A program made the translations under genes and the position numbers. The notes beneath the pieces were generated by a model. The model did not search any database, was not told the origin of the DNA, and worked only from the letters and a program-made list of their open reading frames with translations. A stretch of 64,000 nucleotides of DNA from Nitrosomonas sp. GTDB taxonomy: Bacteria; Pseudomonadota; Gammaproteobacteria; Burkholderiales; Nitrosomonadaceae. How positions within the stretch are numbered: the first letter of the stretch is position 1; each line of letters begins with the position of its first letter. Where the stretch lies: positions 29,806-93,805 of the forward strand of contig JAMWZW010000008.1 of the NCBI GenBank assembly GCA_024281995.1, written 5' to 3'. This document shows, piece after piece, positions 58,005 to 64,000 of this stretch.

Positions 58005-59543
58005 TTATATTGACTGTTGTTTAGTGAAGTCTTTTAGGCGGAATCCTAATAACCATAAGGTAGCAAAATAACTGGATGCACCAGCAACAATAATCCAGCT
58101 TAACCGGGCAGCACGGGTTAGTGTTGAATCAATTAACCATGAAGCATCATCGCCCGCAGTAAACCATAATACAACGCCCATAACCGTGAGTGCTGTCAGT
58201 ATTTTTAGAAAGAAAATAAGCCAACCTGGCTGCGGTTGATAGATATGGTGATTACGTAGCTTGTAATACAGCAATCCTGCATTAAGGCAGGCACCTAAAC
58301 CGATAGCAAGTGCCAATCCTGCATGTTTTAAGGGAATAATAAAAGCAAGATTCATAAGTTGGGTTGCAATTAAGGTAATGATTGCAATCTTCACGGGTGT
58401 TTTAATGTTCTGGCGTGCATAAAATCCTGGTGCTAGCACTTTCACTAGAATTAATCCAAGCAATCCCGCACTATAAGCAATGAGTGCTTCACGTGTCATC
58501 CATACATCATGTGCTGTGAATGCGCCATGATGAAAAAGCGTGGTAATGAGTGGTGTCGCTAGCTGTGCTAATGCCAATGCTGCAGGTAAAGTGAGTAATA
58601 TGGTCATGCGCAAGCCCCAATCAAGGAGGCGTGAATATTCTTCCCGGCTATTGCTGTTATAATGACGAGCCAGTGAAGGCAGTAAGATAGTACCCAACGC
58701 AACACCCAGAAGACCCGCTGGAAATTCCATTAAACGATCAGCGTAATAAAGCCATGATACGCTGCCGGTAATGAGCAGTGAAGCAAAAATGGTATTGATC
58801 AATAAGCTAATTTGACTAACTGAAACACCAAAAATTGCCGGTCCCATCAGTTTGATTACACGCCAGGCGCCGGTGTCAGGATTTTTAAAATGAATTCGTG
58901 GTAATAATTTAAGTCTTAGTAAAAATGGTACTTGGAAGGCGAGTTGTAATATACCACCAATAAAAACTGCCCACGCTAAAGCAAATACCGGTGAATTGAA
59001 CAGCGGTGTTAACCACAATATACAACCAATAAATGATAAATTTAATAGTGCGGGTGTAATTGCGGGAACGTTAAATTTTCCATAAGTATTGAGTATGCCG
59101 CCTGCTAACGCGACTAGCGAAATAAAAAAAATATAAGGGAATGTAATTTGTAAAAGCGCTACTGTCAGATCAAATTTTTCCAAGTCAGCAGAAAACCCTG
59201 GTGCGCTGATATAGATAATCAGTGGTGCAGCCAAAATACCAATGAGTGTAACAATAAAAAGTGTGATGCCTAAAAGCGCGGTAATGTGATCAATTAGACC
59301 GCGAGTTTCTTCGGGAGTGCGAGTGGTCTTATATTCAGCAAGTATGGGAACAAATGCCTGTGAGAATGCACCTTCAGCAAATATTCGACGTAATAAATTC
59401 GGAATGCGAAATGCAACAAAAAAAGCATCAGTTAATATTCCTGCACCAAAGAATCGAGCGATCATGATATCACGCAAAAAACCGAGAACTCGGGATATAA
59501 ACGTCATACTGCTGACTGCAACAAGAGCTTTGAGTAAATTCAA
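58005..59543 (-). CDS. murJ: lipid II flippase MurJ
   Basis: [34 protein letters not shown]. Confidence 0.97.
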   Translation of the reverse strand: MNLLKALVAVSSMTFISRVLGFLRDIMIARFFGAGILTDAFFVAFRIPNLLRRIFAEGAFSQAFVPILAEYKTTRTPEETRGLIDHITALLGITLFIVTLIGILAAPLIIYISAPGFSADLEKFDLTVALLQITFPYIFFISLVALAGGILNTYGKFNVPAITPALLNLSFIGCILWLTPLFNSPVFALAWAVFIGGILQLAFQVPFLLRLKLLPRIHFKNPDTGAWRVIKLMGPAIFGVSVSQISLLINTIFASLLITGSVSWLYYADRLMEFPAGLLGVALGTILLPSLARHYNSNSREEYSRLLDWGLRMTILLTLPAALALAQLATPLITTLFHHGAFTAHDVWMTREALIAYSAGLLGLILVKVLAPGFYARQNIKTPVKIAIITLIATQLMNLAFIIPLKHAGLALAIGLGACLNAGLLYYKLRNHHIYQPQPGWLIFFLKILTALTVMGVVLWFTAGDDASWLIDSTLTRAARLSWIIVAGASSYFATLWLLGFRLKDFTKQQSI

Positions 59544-59663
59544 TGGTGTTTAAGTTTGTGCTAGTGATTAGCAGAATTAATTAGTTTTAAAAGATTTTTT
59601 CTTTTTGTGTTACTAAAATTAAATGTTATATATTCTGACTCATTGGAGAATTTTAGATTTCTT

Positions 59664-60386
59664 TCAGAAAAAATGTTTTAATTTTTGTAATAGACCCTCT
59701 TCAGACCAATTCCATTGTAAGCAATACTCTGCTCCCAATTTTGGATCTTTAATATCTGCTTCAATATTTGTTTGTCCAGTAACAGTCGGTGGCAGAAGTG
59801 CCTTTTCTTCACCATTGAACTTGCAGAAAAATCTAGCGGATGAAACCGTGCGTCCTGGAGGCAATTGAACCATTAGATGCAATCGCCGAGTGTCGTTGTC
59901 AACAACATGAGAAAGGATTCCATCGCTTTGAGTGAAGGAATCTTCGTACTCATACGATAAAGTTAAATCTGAGCCGTGAATTATCTTTAATTCTGGTGGG
60001 ATCTTCATGCAAACTTCGTAATCTCCATTTACTTTTCTTTGCTCGACTGGTTCAATATTGTTGACTTTGAAGTTGCTAATACTTCCGAGGGCGCGAATAT
60101 TTTTAAAACAATATTCTGAATTATCAACATGACAAGCAGTAGTCATTTGTGTTTGTGTCAGGGTTGCTTTGCTTCCACTCGTATCATGAATAGTAAGAAT
60201 TTTTCTCAAATTTGCAACAGTAAATGCGAACTTGTTCTGTCTGATTTGATCATAAATCAGTATTAATGCACTGACAGCAAAGATTATTCCAATCACAACA
60301 TATTCTGTCAGCAACGCTACCAGTATGCCAAAGACGATAAGCATTATATTGATATAAAAAATTAGTTGGTTGGGCTTGTCAAACAT
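59664..60386 (-). CDS. hypothetical protein, N-terminal TM hairpin plus predicted beta-sandwich domain
   Basis: 240-aa ORF with two hydrophobic helices and a beta-rich domain ending PKLGAEYCLQWNW. Confidence 0.7.
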   Translation of the reverse strand: MFDKPNQLIFYINIMLIVFGILVALLTEYVVIGIIFAVSALILIYDQIRQNKFAFTVANLRKILTIHDTSGSKATLTQTQMTTACHVDNSEYCFKNIRALGSISNFKVNNIEPVEQRKVNGDYEVCMKIPPELKIIHGSDLTLSYEYEDSFTQSDGILSHVVDNDTRRLHLMVQLPPGRTVSSARFFCKFNGEEKALLPPTVTGQTNIEADIKDPKLGAEYCLQWNWSEEGLLQKLKHFF

Positions 60387-60780
60387 TCAGAACTCCTCAA
60401 TTAGCTAACATGTTCCTATTATTTATCGAAGCGCTGAGTTTATCAGAGAGAAGCATGCAAAAGAAACAAGATAAATGCGAGATGAAGTCTAATTTTCTAT
60501 TTTTAACAAAAGAAGAGTAAAAAATAGATTGGTTTCTAAGTAAATAGGCAATTTAGGAAGTTTAATTTATAGATGTGGAATCACAAATACGTGGTGCTAG
60601 GATATTAATCGTAAATTGACTAAATAATAATCTTATTTTTTAATCTTTCGTAGATTGGATTATGGAATCATGTATTGATATCCACTAAAGTTTGAGCGAG
60701 TAAAGTCGTTAAAATCAAAATAATAACGTCGCTACCAGCGTAGCGGTAATTTTTGTTGAATCAAATTTATCTGGAATAGT

Positions 60781-60990
60781 GTGATGAAAATTCTTGTTAA
60801 TTTCAAATCTGGATTTAAACAAATATTTATTGTTCCAAAATCTATGTTAGCAGTAGAATTTAGAAATATGGCCAAGGAGATTGGCGGTAAAATCGATAGT
60901 ATCGAATTTTCTTTGCCTACTCGTCGCCCATCAAATTTTACGAGATCAGAACTTTCTGAAGGAATAATTCGTCTACCTGATAAACGTTAA
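60781..60990 (+). CDS. small hypothetical protein (69 aa)
   Basis: The only ORF in an AT-rich gap; weak GGAA-type RBS; convergent with ssb. Confidence 0.45.
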   Translation: MMKILVNFKSGFKQIFIVPKSMLAVEFRNMAKEIGGKIDSIEFSLPTRRPSNFTRSELSEGIIRLPDKR

Positions 60991-61021
60991 AATTTAGCCC
61001 AATTTTGATTTATCTAATCAA

Positions 61022-61471
61022 TTAGAAGGGAATATCGTCATCCATATCATCAAAGCCGTTGGATTTTTTTACTTGCGAAGAGCGAGGAGAAATAGAATTG
61101 TCTTCTTCATGCTCGGATGATTCAAAACTACCACTGCCTGATCGAGCCCCCAACATCTTCATGTCATTAGCAATAATATCTGTTGTATAGCGTTCTACGC
61201 CATTTTTGTCAGTCCATTTTCTTGTTTCTAGCCTCCCTTCAATATATACAGAGCGCCCTTTTTTTAGATATTCCCCAGCAATTTCTGCAAGCTTGCGATA
61301 GAAAGTAACGCGATGCCATTCAGTCTTTTCCTGTTTTTCACCATTCTTATCTTTCCAAATATCTGTTGTTGCCACCGTTATATTTGTTACTGCATCACCA
61401 TTTGACATGTAGCGAGTTTCTGGGTCTTTTCCCAAGTTTCCAATGAGTATAACTTTATTGACTGATGCCAT
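61022..61471 (-). CDS. ssb: single-stranded DNA-binding protein
   Basis: [18 protein letters not shown] ... DDDIPF; the true start is the ATG at 61471. Confidence 0.98.
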   Translation of the reverse strand: MASVNKVILIGNLGKDPETRYMSNGDAVTNITVATTDIWKDKNGEKQEKTEWHRVTFYRKLAEIAGEYLKKGRSVYIEGRLETRKWTDKNGVERYTTDIIANDMKMLGARSGSGSFESSEHEEDNSISPRSSQVKKSNGFDDMDDDIPF

Positions 61472-62855
61472 TTGTTTCCTCCCCAAGCAATTTAATTACT
61501 TTTTCTTCATCAAAACCTTTCATGTCAACTTTTAGATAGGCTACTCCTTCATTAACCAATATTAAAGCTTCATATACACCACGTATCGCTGCCAGCTGAC
61601 GTGACAATTCTTTTGATTTGCTTACATCCATTTCTTGTACATGATACATCTTGGAGCGCACTGCCGCAGGAGCTTTCATCGTGATCGCAAGGATCAACCA
61701 CACTATTAATAGTAAGCCGCAAAGTGTAAATAATGCATGGCTTCCATACATACCAAATAAATAACCGCCGCTTGCAGCACCTGTGAACGCTCCCAGAAAT
61801 TGCGTACTACTATAAATACCAATTGCTGTTCCTTTTGCACCTATTGGTGCTATTTTTGAAATTAGCGATGGTAAGCTAGCTTCCAGCAAGTTGAATGCCG
61901 TAAAGAAAACTAATAATGCAGTAGCAGTTCCCCAAATTGAATCAGAAGTAATCGCTAATAATAGTTGTGCTGCTAACAATATAGCAATCGCTGCAATAAA
62001 AACGGGCTTTAATTTTGCTTTTTTTTCGGCGTAAATGATTGCCGGAATGATAAATATAATAGATAAAACTAAAACTGGTAAATAAATCTGCCAGTGGTTA
62101 TTTGCTATCATTCCTGCTTGGCGTAAAGTAAGCGGTACAACCAACCACAGCGCCATCAATGTGGCATGTAAAGCAAAAATACCATAATTTAAGCGTAACA
62201 ACTGCGAATCCCGCAATACACTTGTAAAACTTGCAGCAGATGTTTCCGTATCTGAATGAAAACGACTGATTTGTGGATCAGGAACAATTTTCTTGACGAT
62301 AACTATTGCTATCAGTGCCAATATTCCTGTCATAGCAAAAATTCCAGGGACACCGATCCATTGGTTTAAAACCGGCGCAGTAACCAAGGAAATGGCGAAT
62401 ACCATGCCGATGGTCATACCAATAGTTGCCATTGCTTTGGTGCGGTGTTCTTCGCGTGTGAGATCCGCAGCAAGTGCCATTATGGCGGCTGAAATTGCTC
62501 CAGAACCTTGAATGATGCGTCCCACTATTACCCAGTAAATGTCGGTTGCAAACGCTGCAATGAGACTACCTACAGCAAATAAAATCAATCCTAAATAGAT
62601 GACAGGCTTGCGACCGATTCGATCAGACAGCCAGCCAAAAGGAATTTGCAAAATAGCTTGTGTTAATCCATATGCTCCTAGTGCGATACCGACTAAGGTG
62701 TAGTTATCACCACCAGGCAGATCCTCTGCATAAAAGGCGAATACCGGCAAAATGATAAATAATCCCAGCATTCGTAAACCATAAACGCTAGCCAGACCAA
62801 TAGTTGCGCGTAGTTCCGGTGGCGACATTTTTTCGGATGAAGATGAAGCAGACAT
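61455..62855 (-). CDS. MFS transporter (YajR-like)
   Basis: [34 protein letters not shown] and a C-terminal YAM-like domain; lies between uvrA and ssb. Confidence 0.9.
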   Translation of the reverse strand: MSASSSSEKMSPPELRATIGLASVYGLRMLGLFIILPVFAFYAEDLPGGDNYTLVGIALGAYGLTQAILQIPFGWLSDRIGRKPVIYLGLILFAVGSLIAAFATDIYWVIVGRIIQGSGAISAAIMALAADLTREEHRTKAMATIGMTIGMVFAISLVTAPVLNQWIGVPGIFAMTGILALIAIVIVKKIVPDPQISRFHSDTETSAASFTSVLRDSQLLRLNYGIFALHATLMALWLVVPLTLRQAGMIANNHWQIYLPVLVLSIIFIIPAIIYAEKKAKLKPVFIAAIAILLAAQLLLAITSDSIWGTATALLVFFTAFNLLEASLPSLISKIAPIGAKGTAIGIYSSTQFLGAFTGAASGGYLFGMYGSHALFTLCGLLLIVWLILAITMKAPAAVRSKMYHVQEMDVSKSKELSRQLAAIRGVYEALILVNEGVAYLKVDMKGFDEEKVIKLLGEETNGISQ

Positions 62856-62921
62856 GAATCAGGTTGTGATATTCCCAAAAAGTTGGGTATATTAACAGGT
62901 TGACTCATACATAGATAGTTC

Positions 62922-64000
62922 ATGGAATCGATAAAAATACGTGGTGCACGCACCCATAATCTGAAAAATATCCAATTGGATTTGCCACGCAACAAGCTTG
63001 TGGTTATTACTGGGCTATCAGGATCGGGCAAATCCTCACTGGCATTTGATACACTCTATGCGGAAGGGCAACGCCGTTATGTGGAATCGCTCTCCGCTTA
63101 TGCGAGGCAATTCTTGCAATTAATGGAAAAACCGGAAGTAGATCTAATCGAAGGACTTTCTCCGGCAATTGCCATCGAGCAAAAAGCAACTTCACACAAT
63201 CCGCGCTCGACGGTGGGTACAGTCACAGAGATCCATGATTATCTACGTTTGTTATTTGCACGTGCCGGTGATCCTTCCTGCCCGCAGCATAACATCGTGT
63301 TGACCGCACAAAGTGTTTCACAAATGGTCGATCATGTACTTCAGCTCCCACAGGATACGCGCTTGATGATTCTTTCCCCACTGATCGTGGAACGTAAAGG
63401 TGAACAAGTTGAATTGTTTGATGAGCTTCGCGCACAAGGATTTATTCGTTTGCGGATTGATGGCGAAGTATACGAAATTGATGCATTGCCGAAACTGCAA
63501 AAAAACAAAAAACATACCATAGAGATCGTAATCGATCGCTTGAAAGTGTCTCTTGAAGCCAAACAGCGGCTTGCGGAATCATTTGAAATGGCGTTACGTC
63601 ATTCGGATGGGCGCGCTTTAGCCATCGAGATGGATACCGGCCATGAACATCTCTTTTCCGCTAAATTTAGCTGTCCTGTCTGTAGTTATTCTCTATCTGA
63701 ACTAGAACCTAGATTATTCTCATTTAATAATCCACTGGGTGCATGTCATAAATGCGATGGTCTGGGGCAGATCACTTTTTTTGATCCAGCACGTGTAGTA
63801 GCTTTTCCACATCTATCACTGGCTGCAGGTGCTGTGAGGAATTGGGATCGGCGCAATCAATTTTATTTTCAGTTATTAACAAGCTTGGCAGATCACTATC
63901 AATTCGATTTGGAAGCTCCATTTGAGAGTTTGGATGAATCTATTCGTAACATTATTTTGCATGGTTCAGGTAAAGAAAAAATACAGTTCTGCTATTTAAC
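62922..64000 (+). CDS. uvrA: excinuclease ABC subunit A, 5' part, truncated by the window edge
   Basis: Not in the ORF track. ATG at 62922 gives [16 protein letters not shown]...[35 protein letters not shown] and the Zn finger FSCPVC...CHKCDG. Confidence 0.97.
   Translation, partial: MESIKIRGARTHNLKNIQLDLPRNKLVVITGLSGSGKSSLAFDTLYAEGQRRYVESLSAYARQFLQLMEKPEVDLIEGLSPAIAIEQKATSHNPRSTVGTVTEIHDYLRLLFARAGDPSCPQHNIVLTAQSVSQMVDHVLQLPQDTRLMILSPLIVERKGEQVELFDELRAQGFIRLRIDGEVYEIDALPKLQKNKKHTIEIVIDRLKVSLEAKQRLAESFEMALRHSDGRALAIEMDTGHEHLFSAKFSCPVCSYSLSELEPRLFSFNNPLGACHKCDGLGQITFFDPARVVAFPHLSLAAGAVRNWDRRNQFYFQLLTSLADHYQFDLEAPFESLDESIRNIILHGSGKEKIQFCYL

Noticed and set aside
62856-62921. LexA box upstream of uvrA
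   Set aside because: No CTGT-N8-ACAG match; only a half site (AACAG) is present.

Overview
This is a 64-kb chromosomal window from a betaproteobacterium, probably Nitrosomonas-like. That assignment is inferred from gene order (uvrA-MFS-ssb, xseB-ispA-dxs-folE2, dapA-bamC) and the moderate GC content. Housekeeping genes (glxR-glcDEF, bamC, dapA, clpB, nadC, ktrAB, xseB, ispA, dxs, folE2, murJ, ssb, uvrA) surround two notable clusters. (1) 26.2-36.5 kb, minus strand: a cluster whose gene content matches the Caulobacter sphingolipid / ceramide-phosphoglycerate locus. It has a ceramide-synthase-like GNAT, an NTP transferase, an LptF/LptG paralog pair, a CDP-alcohol phosphotransferase and a lipid kinase fused to a nucleotidyltransferase-fold domain, and it is interrupted by ktrAB. 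(2) 37.5-52.1 kb, the best candidate for an undescribed system: a ten-gene operon behind a consensus sigma-54 promoter, followed by a convergent sigma-54 activator. It encodes three copies of a charge-segregated domain (acidic leader, then ELD-x-FLG, then a cationic amphipathic glycine-zipper core ending at ELE). It also encodes a HEXXH metallopeptidase-like protein, a 722-aa unknown, a divergent PLP alpha-oxoamine-synthase-like enzyme, signal-less peptidoglycan hydrolases, a tail-fibre-like protein, an M20 dipeptidase and an amidohydrolase. Also present are a TIR-TM-FGE protein, an RTX-repeat subtilase and a GH46-like gene fragment. No rRNA, tRNA, CRISPR array or transposase was recognised. 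All family assignments come from reading motifs by eye; no database searches were run.
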